NCBI GenBank assembly: GCA_051546255.1
Contig: CP128818.1
Location: 434,001 to 498,000 of the forward strand
DNA length: 64,000 bases
Reading direction: 5' to 3'
From: Meyerozyma guilliermondii
Taxonomy: Eukaryota
Of this stretch, positions 9,789-20,000 are shown one piece after another. Within the stretch, counting starts at the first letter, position 1; every line of letters begins with the position of its first letter. The notes beneath the pieces were generated by a model. It had not been told where the DNA came from and ran no database searches. It saw only the letters and a list, made by a program, of their open reading frames with translations. Both the position numbers and the translations under genes were made by a program.

Positions 9789-11342
9789 ATGGTTCACTCC
9801 AAAAGCACCCCCATGGACGACGATGCCTATTGGATGGTTGCCGATGGCCGTGTACACTACTTGGAAGCGGCTGAAATTAATAATGTTGTCCCAGATATCC
9901 TGATAGATCCGGTTGTGGAAGACTGGCAGTCACACGATGCTAACATGAAGATGATGAATATCCGTAACAAAAACCTCCTTTATAAGCTCAACAACCCTTC
10001 CGGCTCGGATTTGGACTCAGATAACATCGTGGATCCTGCGAAAGCATCGGCTTCGCCAGAACATTTAACTCCACCGTCAACCGGCGGTTCCACCAACAAC
10101 GGATCCACAGTGAAGATTCCTACTCCCACCCATTCATTATACATGCCACGTCGCCAAGTGGACCTCGTGGCACTTCTCGCCGCCAAGGATAAAGTGCAAG
10201 ATAGTTCTGAAGCCGAAAATGTCAAAACCATTCTCCTGGCTGTTATGCAGTGGCCCCAAGATGCCAACATCAAAATCAAATTTTTAACCGGTGGAATTAC
10301 CAACATGTTACTCTCGTGTAGCTACGGCCGGTCAACCGTGCTCATGCGTGTTTATGGACAGGGAACAAACTTAATTATAGATAGACATCGTGAGTACATT
10401 CTGCATCTTGTGCTCAATTCCTTGCAATTGGCTCCCCCAGTCTATGCTCGTTTCAGCAACGGTTTGGTCTACGGCTATCTCCCTGGCCGCTCGCTCGAAC
10501 CAAACGAACTATACCACCCGGCCTTGTACCCTCTTATTGCTCAACTCTTGGGCATTTGGCATCACCGAGTATCAAGCTCCGACATTGAAGATGGTGTGGA
10601 AAAGCTCCGGAGATATGCTGTCACGGTGAAGAAAAGACGTCTGTTGCAGCTGCTGCCGGTCCTTATGGCAGAAAATAGCAAAAAGAAGAAAAAGCCAAAG
10701 AAGAAAACCATCAACAACGTATGGGAACTTTTGCACGATTGGATCGATGTGGTTCCTTTAAACCAGGCTCTCCATGATTCGTTTGCACGCAACAAAAAAA
10801 TCGATAGTGATCTCAGAGAAGTGGTGAGACAAGAGCTTAATTGGCTTGAAGAAACTTTAACCTCAAAAAATAGCTCGCCCGTGGTTTCGGCGCATTGTGA
10901 CTTACTTTCAGGAAATGTCATCATACCGACAGATTTTGCATTTGAAGAGTCGGACCTTCCTTCCGTCGATAATAACCCCATCAAATTCATAGACTACGAG
11001 TACATGCTTCCAGCACCTCGGGCATTCGATATTGCCAATCATATGGCAGAATGGCAGGGTTTCCACTGTGACAGATCCGCTATACCTGAGCCTTCCATGG
11101 ATAATCCCGTAATGGTCAAGTGGGTTCGCTCCTACCTTAACAATCCTGATGCTAGCGAAGATGAAGTCCAGAAACTCATTGATGAAATTGCTCTATTTCA
11201 CGGCATGCCTGGGTTCTACTGGGGAATCTGGGCCATGATTCAAAGCGAAATTAGTCAAATTGACTTTGACTACGCTGATTACGGAAAATTACGATTGGAA
11301 GAGTATTGGGACTGGAAGCTGAAGCATTTGTCGTCTGTGTGA
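9789..11342 (+). CDS. Ethanolamine/choline kinase
   Basis: GGITN loop, LMRVYG, Brenner motif HCDLLSGN, FIDYEY and FDIANH. First in-frame ATG at 9789. Orthology to EKI1 versus CKI1 is not resolved. Confidence 0.88.
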   Translation: MVHSKSTPMDDDAYWMVADGRVHYLEAAEINNVVPDILIDPVVEDWQSHDANMKMMNIRNKNLLYKLNNPSGSDLDSDNIVDPAKASASPEHLTPPSTGGSTNNGSTVKIPTPTHSLYMPRRQVDLVALLAAKDKVQDSSEAENVKTILLAVMQWPQDANIKIKFLTGGITNMLLSCSYGRSTVLMRVYGQGTNLIIDRHREYILHLVLNSLQLAPPVYARFSNGLVYGYLPGRSLEPNELYHPALYPLIAQLLGIWHHRVSSSDIEDGVEKLRRYAVTVKKRRLLQLLPVLMAENSKKKKKPKKKTINNVWELLHDWIDVVPLNQALHDSFARNKKIDSDLREVVRQELNWLEETLTSKNSSPVVSAHCDLLSGNVIIPTDFAFEESDLPSVDNNPIKFIDYEYMLPAPRAFDIANHMAEWQGFHCDRSAIPEPSMDNPVMVKWVRSYLNNPDASEDEVQKLIDEIALFHGMPGFYWGIWAMIQSEISQIDFDYADYGKLRLEEYWDWKLKHLSSV

Positions 11343-11366
11343 ATATATTTATTAGGCGTACTTTAA

Positions 11367-14300
11367 TCATTGTCGTTGTAGATCTATGACACAAGTCTTG
11401 TCGGTTTTCGAGCTGTGTAGCATTGCCCATTGTGTTCCTTTGTTGGCTTCCTTTTTCAAAGTATTGTAGATGTTGACCCCGAAGCTCTTGGGAAAGTTGT
11501 TGGAAAAGTATACGATTTTGCGTACCCATTCATCTTGTTGGCGAAGAGGAGTGATCAGAATCATGTCTAAAACCTCATCTTGAACATCTAGGTCTATCAC
11601 TGGAGCATTAGACAAAGTTTTGATAAAATTGGCAGATGCCATTTTGGAATCGTTTTCAAGCTCCCACTTTTCACGCTTGTTATTTTTGCGGCCTCTTGGA
11701 GCATCATTGGGAACCACAATGACTCTATTATTGATATCCGTGGAAAATAATGGGCCTGTGGGCATGGAGTCGAGTGAAGAGTCAGTATAATTCATGTCGT
11801 GTCTTTCAGACTCATCTTCATTACTTCCATTGATTTCTTCAGCGAGAAAAGGAACGAGTTCTTCGTACTCCAAATCTGTATCTTTTTCAGATTGAACACT
11901 TCTTACTCTTAACGGCTTAAAGTTACTTGGACCTCTTCTGGATTTGACTCTCAGCAGTGAGTTTGTTTGCTTGATGAAGACGATCCAACCACACCCATCT
12001 TGGGCCGCTTGATCCATAATATCAGTTTGAGAAGCAGAATACGCAAAGTCACAACTGATTCGATTCTTCCATAAAGACTGAGCAATTTCAAATCCAGCAA
12101 GACGAACAAGCGATTTGTTGGTACTGGTGATCAAGACATCGCACCTGGTTCCCCTCCATTGAGTTTCGCTGTACTTTTCATTCGGCCCGATTTTCCTACT
12201 TTTCAAAAGAAGGAAAAGAAATGTGGATGTTAGCAGCAAACCCACCGCATGTGGAGTTATTGCCTTATTTATGTCCACGTTAGCTAGCGATGAAACTAGT
12301 TTATCATACCTGCCTCCAGTGAGAACTCTGGCGAACCGGCGTTTGGTATCCAAGCGAAAAATAGCCTGGAACATTATTCCACCAGTGTAATACTGGCAAT
12401 TGTAGTTGCTGAGTGGTGAAAGATAAACTCCTGACTTCACGCCAAACTTTCGAAGAATCGACAACACATCCATAATATAAACGAGAGCCTTCTCAACTTT
12501 AACAAAGTATGGCGAGTCAACCATGGCTTTCTTCAACTTTCTCCTTGCATCGTCGGGCTCTCCCATAAAATTGAAGGTATCCACCAAGTCTCTGGTCACT
12601 GTGTGTGGAACATTGAAGTCTTCACGTAGATATCTTTTGATTTCTTCCGGACTTTTTTCGATTCCAAGCTGAGAAAGAACCCCAATAACTTCGTGGCGCT
12701 TGCGATCGCTGATTCCAATATTGCCAAATGCAAAGGTTATTACGGAATTGATAATGTCGGAATGGTTAATGAGAATTAAGCACTGAGAACCTTTGGCTTT
12801 GAAGCAGGGAAAATGATGCAAAATTTCATCGACCACTTTTAAACACTCAGCATCATTGATTGGTAAAAGGCTTCTGTCGTGTGTCGTTATATCAAAATTT
12901 ACCGAGCTGTATTTGTCTGGAGTACCTGGACCCCGAATATTGGGTCGGTAGACAAACTCGTGACAGTATAACTTGGCGATATCAATGTTATTTCGACTCA
13001 AAAATCTTGCCTTGGGAAGAATCAAATCATACGGAAGCGAAAGAACGGTACCGCTCCGATCAAGCACGTCGTACACCTGGCCAGCAGATAAGTTTTGCGA
13101 TTTGGGTAGTAGAATATCAGAGCTATAGTCTTCGATTGCACCATGTAATCTGAAAATTCCAAACAAAGTATCAATCATATTGCTGAACAAAAGATAATCT
13201 CTCGTTGTGTTCTCGATACTATGGGAGTTTCGACTGCTATTATCGAACATCAAATCGTGAGCCAACAGGTATGGTTGATTAAAAAGAGTCTCTCTAACTT
13301 GATGTTGCCAAGGAGACGCAGGGTCAGCCAACGATCGTAATGCCTCTTTGATAACTTGATCCTGATGTTCGACCGGAAGCCATCCACTTTGTAGGAGCTC
13401 AGATGCGCTTGGGCGCTCTTTGGGATTGTGATCAAGTAGAACTTTTATGATTTTCTTCTCCATTTTGTATTTCGACTCCACAAAATTAGAAGGAAAGTTG
13501 ATACTTGAGAGCCTTAGTTCATTCAAAGTCTGTGCCCTTTCCATACCTGTGGACAAGGGATAACACATTTCGAAGAATACAATTCCAAGTGAGTACATAT
13601 CCACTTTTTCATCGTAATCTCCAGTAGCCACTTCTCGTGCGGTGTAAAATACAGTTCCCACAACAGTGGAGAGGTCTTTATTTGCAGCCTCCACTTGATT
13701 GTTTGTCAGAACCACCAGGGAAAATTGTGAGTTTTTTGCTAATCCAAAATCACCAACTTTGATGTTGTTCGATTTGTCGATGAAAATATTCATAGGCTTG
13801 AGGTCTCGATGAATAAACCCTGACTGATGAATATATGAAACCGCTTCAAGAAGCTGTCGAAATAATCGCCAATACTCATTAGGATTGTATGGAAGACCCT
13901 GCTCGATCAAGTTCAAAAGGGTATTGTTTTCGCAAAACTCCATCTGGATGTATAGTATCGAGCGCTTCGATTTCGAGCTAGTTCTCTTCTCTTTCTTGGA
14001 TCCCTCGTTAGAAGTGATGTCGGACCACAAATCTCCACCGGATGTCGACTCGTCGTTTTCCGTCGAATTGGCAAATTCAAATAGGTCATCTTCGCTAGGA
14101 ATGTCCAACTGAGGATCAAAAGAATTGGAAATAAAATCGATCTGAAAAGAGCTGTCTTGGCTTGCTAAAAACGATGTCGAGCGTACATTTACTGGGCTCT
14201 CGAAATCATCATCGCTTGCCTCATCCTCATGTTCAGCCGCTTGATCAGCTTCGTCTATCTCTTCAACCCAAGTTCCATAGTATCTCACAATGTACTGATG

Positions 14301-16208
14301 GTTTAGCCTGGCCAAGGATAACACTTCGCTAAGAAGAGAGTCGAGTTTGTCTGCTCTATGCTTGATTTTCTTGATAGCATAGAAGGTGCCTTCCAAACGA
14401 TTTCGTGCTTTCACTACCTCTCCGAATCCTCCTTTCCCGATGATGCCCACCTCTTCGAAGTCACGCTCGTATCTTCCTACATTCCTGGTCTTCGACTCAC
14501 CAACATCCAACAGTTCATGGTGGTTACTTTGGCGCCTAGAAGCTGCTAAGTTGAGATGAGACATACCCGTCAGATGCGATGGAGAGCCAGATGGGTGTGG
14601 AAGTTGGCTATTTTGTTGAATGGCCACAGGCCCATCACGAACAAACCTAACAGCGTTCAATTCTAGTGGACTGGGACGTTTGAATAGTTTTTTTTGGAAC
14701 ATTTTTGAAAGAAGGTCGAACACCAAATTGGCGTTGTCTTCGTCATTTGGGAAATCAGAAGCCTTGAAACTGCTCAAGAAGCGAGTTGGGGTCTTGTAGG
14801 TTTCTGTTGAGTTCTTTCCTAGCATCACTTTCATGAAAAGTACACCAAGATCCCAGATATCGCTTTTCACGGTGAAGTTTTCAAAACCATCGCTGAGCTC
14901 AGGAGCTATCCAAAGAGCAGAATTGCCCATGACATCAACAGGGTCCTTCGGTTTTTGATTATTATTAGGGTATTCGTGGGCCATTTGAAGTAAGCAGTAT
15001 CCATAGGATATGTGGCATAGTTTTAGTGTGCTGGCAGACAGTCCATTAGGGATGGAAATTACCGTCAATGGGCAAATTGCTTTATGTACGAGCCCAATAT
15101 TGTGCAAGGACTCAATGGCTGGAAGCACTTGTATCAACCAGGTGCGAGCGGTGGACCAGGATATTTTGTGTTGAGCAGCTAGTATTTCTTGAAGAGATTG
15201 TGATTGGGGAGAATAGTCTGTGAGTAGACGGATTCTCCAGCCTTTTTCCTGTCTGTCAATCTGAAATCCCACCAACGACGAGATGTTTTCGTGCTTGACA
15301 TTCATGACATTTTGGAGCTCTGATTCCAACAGTTGTATTTCTTTCTTGCCGTCGTCGGTGAGCCAATGGTCGCATGTAAGCATAATATCTGAAAGCAAGT
15401 ACGTGGGTATGAGGGCACCGTGCAATTTCGTGGAGAGTGCTGGGACAATGTAGGGAGTAACAATTTGCTGGTGTGCGATTGACGATAAAAGATCTGGTTT
15501 CTTATATCGTATCGGTTCCAGAACGGTACGGAAAGTGAACATAACTCTGGGTGACTCTGTGAATCCGACCATTGGTTTCTCAAACACAATAAAGTCGTCG
15601 GCATTAGGAGGCACCAAGTCTGCAGATCCGTCTTCTTCCTCGGTTGTTCCGTCCGGAGTATCTTCGTAATATTCGTCTTGAATCTTGAGTATTTCTTGGT
15701 TAAGTTCTTCATTCTGCCTTCTTTGTGCGCTCTCTTCCTCTCGGCGCCGCAACGCTTCTTCCTGCTCCAATTGAAGCCGCTCCTTTTGCAATCGAACTTC
15801 CCGCTCTTCTTCCAAAGAGAGAACCTTTTCTGACTTGGAGTGAAAATCGTCAAGCATATCTTTGATCTCTGAGATAATGATAAAAGAGACCTCCTCTTCG
15901 GCGTACTCCTTGATAAGACTGCGTACTTTCTGGTCCATTGCCAGAATCATGTGTTTCAAGAGGTTTTTGGGGTTCAATAACCGCACAAGCGGAGGTGATT
16001 TGGGATATGTTGGCGTGAATTCAATGTCCAAAACCAAACTCATCGAAGGTTTATCGGGCTCCAGATCGGTTTCTAGTCGTATCTGGAAGTGGGGACTGGG
16101 TTTTTTGTTCCATATGAGACCTTGCGGGGTGATATCCGTGAAAATATCACCATAGATCGACTCGACGCTATTGACCTCATCTTGCTGTCGTGCTGAAAGC
16201 AGGCTCAT
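11367..16208 (-). CDS. GCN2: eIF2-alpha kinase Gcn2
   Basis: N-terminal RWD domain (ESIY...YP), pseudokinase, kinase (GKGGFG, YAIKKI, HRDLKPMN, DFGLA), HisRS-like domain (FVYR, GGRYD) and C-terminal domain. Confidence 0.96.
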   Translation of the reverse strand: MSLLSARQQDEVNSVESIYGDIFTDITPQGLIWNKKPSPHFQIRLETDLEPDKPSMSLVLDIEFTPTYPKSPPLVRLLNPKNLLKHMILAMDQKVRSLIKEYAEEEVSFIIISEIKDMLDDFHSKSEKVLSLEEEREVRLQKERLQLEQEEALRRREEESAQRRQNEELNQEILKIQDEYYEDTPDGTTEEEDGSADLVPPNADDFIVFEKPMVGFTESPRVMFTFRTVLEPIRYKKPDLLSSIAHQQIVTPYIVPALSTKLHGALIPTYLLSDIMLTCDHWLTDDGKKEIQLLESELQNVMNVKHENISSLVGFQIDRQEKGWRIRLLTDYSPQSQSLQEILAAQHKISWSTARTWLIQVLPAIESLHNIGLVHKAICPLTVISIPNGLSASTLKLCHISYGYCLLQMAHEYPNNNQKPKDPVDVMGNSALWIAPELSDGFENFTVKSDIWDLGVLFMKVMLGKNSTETYKTPTRFLSSFKASDFPNDEDNANLVFDLLSKMFQKKLFKRPSPLELNAVRFVRDGPVAIQQNSQLPHPSGSPSHLTGMSHLNLAASRRQSNHHELLDVGESKTRNVGRYERDFEEVGIIGKGGFGEVVKARNRLEGTFYAIKKIKHRADKLDSLLSEVLSLARLNHQYIVRYYGTWVEEIDEADQAAEHEDEASDDDFESPVNVRSTSFLASQDSSFQIDFISNSFDPQLDIPSEDDLFEFANSTENDESTSGGDLWSDITSNEGSKKEKRTSSKSKRSILYIQMEFCENNTLLNLIEQGLPYNPNEYWRLFRQLLEAVSYIHQSGFIHRDLKPMNIFIDKSNNIKVGDFGLAKNSQFSLVVLTNNQVEAANKDLSTVVGTVFYTAREVATGDYDEKVDMYSLGIVFFEMCYPLSTGMERAQTLNELRLSSINFPSNFVESKYKMEKKIIKVLLDHNPKERPSASELLQSGWLPVEHQDQVIKEALRSLADPASPWQHQVRETLFNQPYLLAHDLMFDNSSRNSHSIENTTRDYLLFSNMIDTLFGIFRLHGAIEDYSSDILLPKSQNLSAGQVYDVLDRSGTVLSLPYDLILPKARFLSRNNIDIAKLYCHEFVYRPNIRGPGTPDKYSSVNFDITTHDRSLLPINDAECLKVVDEILHHFPCFKAKGSQCLILINHSDIINSVITFAFGNIGISDRKRHEVIGVLSQLGIEKSPEEIKRYLREDFNVPHTVTRDLVDTFNFMGEPDDARRKLKKAMVDSPYFVKVEKALVYIMDVLSILRKFGVKSGVYLSPLSNYNCQYYTGGIMFQAIFRLDTKRRFARVLTGGRYDKLVSSLANVDINKAITPHAVGLLLTSTFLFLLLKSRKIGPNEKYSETQWRGTRCDVLITSTNKSLVRLAGFEIAQSLWKNRISCDFAYSASQTDIMDQAAQDGCGWIVFIKQTNSLLRVKSRRGPSNFKPLRVRSVQSEKDTDLEYEELVPFLAEEINGSNEDESERHDMNYTDSSLDSMPTGPLFSTDINNRVIVVPNDAPRGRKNNKREKWELENDSKMASANFIKTLSNAPVIDLDVQDEVLDMILITPLRQQDEWVRKIVYFSNNFPKSFGVNIYNTLKKEANKGTQWAMLHSSKTDKTCVIDLQRQ

Positions 16209-16337
16209 AATGATGCTGGACGGCTGTAGATGTTAATTGGACGACCTGGAATCACACGATAGTCGTTTACAGTCTAAATTGAAGTATTAAGTGTCTCTAG
16301 AACAATTCGATGAGCAGCGCGCGCGGAACCGATTGCG

Positions 16338-16400
16338 AAATCTCACTAAATCTCACTAAATCTCACTAGTCACCACTAAACACCACTAGTCACCACTAAC
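16338..16400. repeat. Six 10-bp units with a CACTA core in the GCN2/MRE11 divergent promoter
   Basis: tctcactaaa x2, tctcactagt, caccactaaa, caccactagt, caccactaac. Confidence 0.85.
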
Positions 16401-16448
16401 CTCTACCACTTGAGATACTGGTCTCGTAGTCCCTCACCCCAATTCTTC

Positions 16449-18374
16449 ATGCCACCATCCAAGAGAATACCTCAGGGACCCAATACCATTTCCATTCTCA
16501 TAACTACTGATAATCATGTTGGGTACCATGAAAACGATCCGATAAGAGGCGACGATTCCGGCAAAACTTTCGAGGAAATCACCCGTATAGCGAAGGAGCG
16601 CGATGTAGATATGGTGGTACAAGGCGGAGATCTCTTCCATGTTAATAAACCATCGAAAAAATCGCTTTATCAAGTAATAAAATCTCTTCGATCCAACTGT
16701 CTCGGAGACCGTCCCTGTGAATTGGAATTGATAAGTGATCCCAGCATGGCGTTGACGCTGGATTTTCCTGGTGTAAACTACGAGGACGAAAACTTTAATA
16801 TAGGGGTTCCTGTGTTTGCAATTAGTGGAAATCACGATGATGCCACAGGTGATAGCCTTTTACTGCCTTTGGATATTTTGGCAGCTTCAGGACTAGTCAA
16901 CTACTTTGGTAAGGTGGTGAACAACGAAGATATAACGGTAGCTCCACTTCTTTTCAAAAAAGGTACCACAAAACTAGCATTGTATGGCATTGGAAATGTT
17001 AAAGATGAACGACTCCACAGAGTGTTCCGTGATAACAAAGCCACATTCTTACGCTCCAGCGATGAGCCTGATTCGTGGTTCAACTTCTTGTGTGTCCATC
17101 AAAACCATGTGGCTCATACCCGAACGTCATATATACCCGAGAACTTTCTCCCCAAATTCATGGATTTCGTACTTTGGGGCCATGAACATGAATGCATTCC
17201 AGAGCCTATGTACAACCCTGAAATGGGATTTGACGTACTACAGCCCGGATCATCTGTGGCTACAGCTCTTTCACCGGGAGAAATGGTCGAGAAGAACGTG
17301 TTCATCATGAATATTCGTGATAATAAATACTCCATTGAACCGGTCAAACTCAAGACCGTTCGCCCGTTCATTATGGAGGAAGTTGTACTACAAAAAGAAG
17401 GATTCGTGCCAGGTCCAGCTTCAAAAGATGATGTGTCCAAGTTTCTCGTTAATAAAGTCCAAGAGCTCATTCAAAAAGCCAACGAAATTGACACATCCGG
17501 CCAGTTGCCGTTAATACGCTTAAGAGTGGACTACACCGGTGACTACCATGTTGAGAACCCACGACGATTTTCCAACAGATTCGTGGGCAAGATTGCGAAC
17601 GTCAATGATGTGATACTACTCTTCAAAAAGAAGAATAACGACTTGGCTGTGACTTCACGGCCGAAATTCGTCGACCAGAGTAACGACGAGGTTCAGCCTG
17701 AGGTTCAGCTTGAAGACTTTTTCGAGGAATTCTTGAAGCAAACTAATTTGGCTCTAGTGCCCGAAGAGGGTATCAACTACGCTGTTCGCAGATACATTGA
17801 AAACGACGACAAGACTATTCTCCACAAGTTTATCGAGAAGGAGATTGAGGTAGAAACGAAAATGCTTCTTGACATGGACATCGATAAAAACCACCTAAAT
17901 CTTGATGATGAACAAGCAGCCAAACGAGTGTTTAAGGAAATTCTCGGTAAAGTGAAAAATGAAAGACCAGACTGGAACAAGACTATCAGTGAAATCAGCA
18001 ATTCGAAGCCTGTAAAAGCAAAAGCGGTCGCATCAAAATCGAAACCAAAACCACAAGTCAAAAAACTGGCCAAGAGTGCCAAAAGCGAGTCAATAGTATT
18101 GTCAGATTCAGACGTTTCTGATGAGTCAATGGAAGAGGTGGTGAGTGATAGTGAAGGACTGGTCATAACAAGTGACGAAGAAGATTTGCCTGAGCCACCC
18201 AAGAGTTCTGCTCGCAATGGGGCTTCAAAGTCGACTGCGAGAAAGACTGCCACTACAAAACCAGCACTAAAGAAGCCAGTGGCTCCTCGAAAGAAAGCTA
18301 GCACCAAGGGAAAGAAAACAGAAACACAAGGAAAAAAGTCTCTTTTAGATGATATCTTGAGTATGGGAAGGTAA
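16449..18374 (+). CDS. MRE11: Mre11 double-strand break repair nuclease
   Basis: Phosphoesterase motifs TDNH, GDLFH, GNHDD, HQN and WGHEH, plus LPLIRLRVDY. First ATG at 16449. Confidence 0.96.
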   Translation: MPPSKRIPQGPNTISILITTDNHVGYHENDPIRGDDSGKTFEEITRIAKERDVDMVVQGGDLFHVNKPSKKSLYQVIKSLRSNCLGDRPCELELISDPSMALTLDFPGVNYEDENFNIGVPVFAISGNHDDATGDSLLLPLDILAASGLVNYFGKVVNNEDITVAPLLFKKGTTKLALYGIGNVKDERLHRVFRDNKATFLRSSDEPDSWFNFLCVHQNHVAHTRTSYIPENFLPKFMDFVLWGHEHECIPEPMYNPEMGFDVLQPGSSVATALSPGEMVEKNVFIMNIRDNKYSIEPVKLKTVRPFIMEEVVLQKEGFVPGPASKDDVSKFLVNKVQELIQKANEIDTSGQLPLIRLRVDYTGDYHVENPRRFSNRFVGKIANVNDVILLFKKKNNDLAVTSRPKFVDQSNDEVQPEVQLEDFFEEFLKQTNLALVPEEGINYAVRRYIENDDKTILHKFIEKEIEVETKMLLDMDIDKNHLNLDDEQAAKRVFKEILGKVKNERPDWNKTISEISNSKPVKAKAVASKSKPKPQVKKLAKSAKSESIVLSDSDVSDESMEEVVSDSEGLVITSDEEDLPEPPKSSARNGASKSTARKTATTKPALKKPVAPRKKASTKGKKTETQGKKSLLDDILSMGR

Positions 18375-18416
18375 CTATATACAAGAACATCTTCAAGAAT
18401 TTGGATCTGGTTGGTT

Positions 18417-19304
18417 CTAGACAGATGTTGCTTCCTCGATCAACGTATCCACGTCAAAGTTTTCACTGGTTGTGAAAGCACGAAGCAATTCATGCTTGCG
18501 CTTGATCAGCGCTTCGTCTCCAACAGCACCATAAAACCGCTGCACATTGAGAACGAGCAATTGTGCATCATCCATAGATAATGCTGCCTCTTCTTCAACC
18601 TGACCGTTCATTAAAACCAAATTCTTCGAGTTGACTAGTTCCTGGTGGAACATAAGTGTAGTGTGAGGTTTGGCATACTCTTTATGAAGCTTATATTCTG
18701 CCAATGTTGTAAGCATGCAGTGTGTGGTCTGAGGACCGGCAAACGACCATTGAACAAAATGCATTTCGTAGCCGTCTTCGTTTCTGGGAAGCGGAAGAAT
18801 GAAGCTAGGATTCTTGAATGCATTTGCATACATTGTAGCAAATTGAATATCGGTAAGAATCGCATTAAGGGTACGTTCTTTGTTCTCAAAACGGGCTCTC
18901 CAAATAAGCTCAATCTCCTTTTGTCCTAGATCTTTCAATTTGTCCAGTGCCAAGTACGAGTCCAAAGTTTTATATGGTTTCTTCTCCAAGTTCTTATCTA
19001 TGGGTGCTCTAATTTTGATGGTTTTGGATCTATCTTTTTCTAATTCTTTTTCCTGGCGCTTCTCATACTCCTCGAGTTCCTTCAAGGGATCTATTTTACT
19101 GAACTCGAGTTTTTTGGCTTTGATTTCATCTTTGAGTTGTTTCTTGAGTTCTTCAACCGAACCAAGTCCGAGTTCTTGAGCCTTTTTCTGAAGCTTTTCT
19201 TGGTACTTTTGAGCAGCAGTTGAGTTGAATCGCACAAATCCGAACCTAGCACTGTTTTGAGCAAGTAATCTAGTTGCTGTGTGGAGCCGTAATGATCTGA
19301 GCAT
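18417..19304 (-). CDS. ATP11: Mitochondrial F1-ATPase beta-subunit chaperone Atp11
   Basis: Arg-rich presequence; FILPLPR, EMHFVQW, TTLAEYKLH and LLVLNVQRFY. Confidence 0.92.
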   Translation of the reverse strand: MLRSLRLHTATRLLAQNSARFGFVRFNSTAAQKYQEKLQKKAQELGLGSVEELKKQLKDEIKAKKLEFSKIDPLKELEEYEKRQEKELEKDRSKTIKIRAPIDKNLEKKPYKTLDSYLALDKLKDLGQKEIELIWRARFENKERTLNAILTDIQFATMYANAFKNPSFILPLPRNEDGYEMHFVQWSFAGPQTTHCMLTTLAEYKLHKEYAKPHTTLMFHQELVNSKNLVLMNGQVEEEAALSMDDAQLLVLNVQRFYGAVGDEALIKRKHELLRAFTTSENFDVDTLIEEATSV

Positions 19305-19439
19305 GATTAAAGAAGTGAGAATTTTCGCAGCGAGTATCTGAAAATAGTATATATGATTCGTATTTACAAATTACAAAACCTGAACGTAGCTACGAGGGAC
19401 GGAATAGCTTGGCTGAACTCGCAAGTTCTATGTTAGTCT

Positions 19440-19949
19440 CTATTTATTTTCTTTGGTGTCGTTTTTATCTTCGAGATAATGAACTTTGTCGTCATCATCA
19501 CGACGAAACTCTTCCGGAGCATCCTTGGCGTAGTGACCAATAGTATTCCTCAAACTCTCTGGTATATCCTCGAAAACAAGGTCTTCCGTTCCCGTCGCTA
19601 CAGACTCGCCTTTAGCCTTTAAAAGGTCTTCGATGTTAATGCGTTGATCTTTGAAAACTCCCAAATTATCGGCAATTAAATGTCTATTTTTGCATCCAGG
19701 ACACTGTATGGCGACGGTTCCCTTCGTGTACGCCTGTTTCGAGAACGTGTGTGATGAGCGGGTATTGCATTTTTTGCAAGTGAATGCAATCATGTACTGC
19801 TGATCCACCTTGGCTGTTTGCGACGAGTTCCATCTTTGTAGATTTGGTATCTTGGATATCAATCTGGGAGAGCGAGCGAAATGCAAATTTGGTCGAATAG
19901 GACCGCTTTTGGCGGCCAAAAGTGCTAGTCTTCCAGCAGTCCGAAGCAT
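19440..19949 (-). CDS. ZIM17: Mitochondrial Hsp70 escort, DNL zinc finger (Zim17/Tim15/Hep1)
   Basis: FTCKKC...SKQAY...[14 protein letters not shown]; presequence begins at ATG 19949. Confidence 0.93.
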   Translation of the reverse strand: MLRTAGRLALLAAKSGPIRPNLHFARSPRLISKIPNLQRWNSSQTAKVDQQYMIAFTCKKCNTRSSHTFSKQAYTKGTVAIQCPGCKNRHLIADNLGVFKDQRINIEDLLKAKGESVATGTEDLVFEDIPESLRNTIGHYAKDAPEEFRRDDDDKVHYLEDKNDTKENK

Positions 19950-20000
19950 ATCTAATCGCAAATTGAGATGTTTCTCGCGAGCACTCTAGAGTCCTGCACA

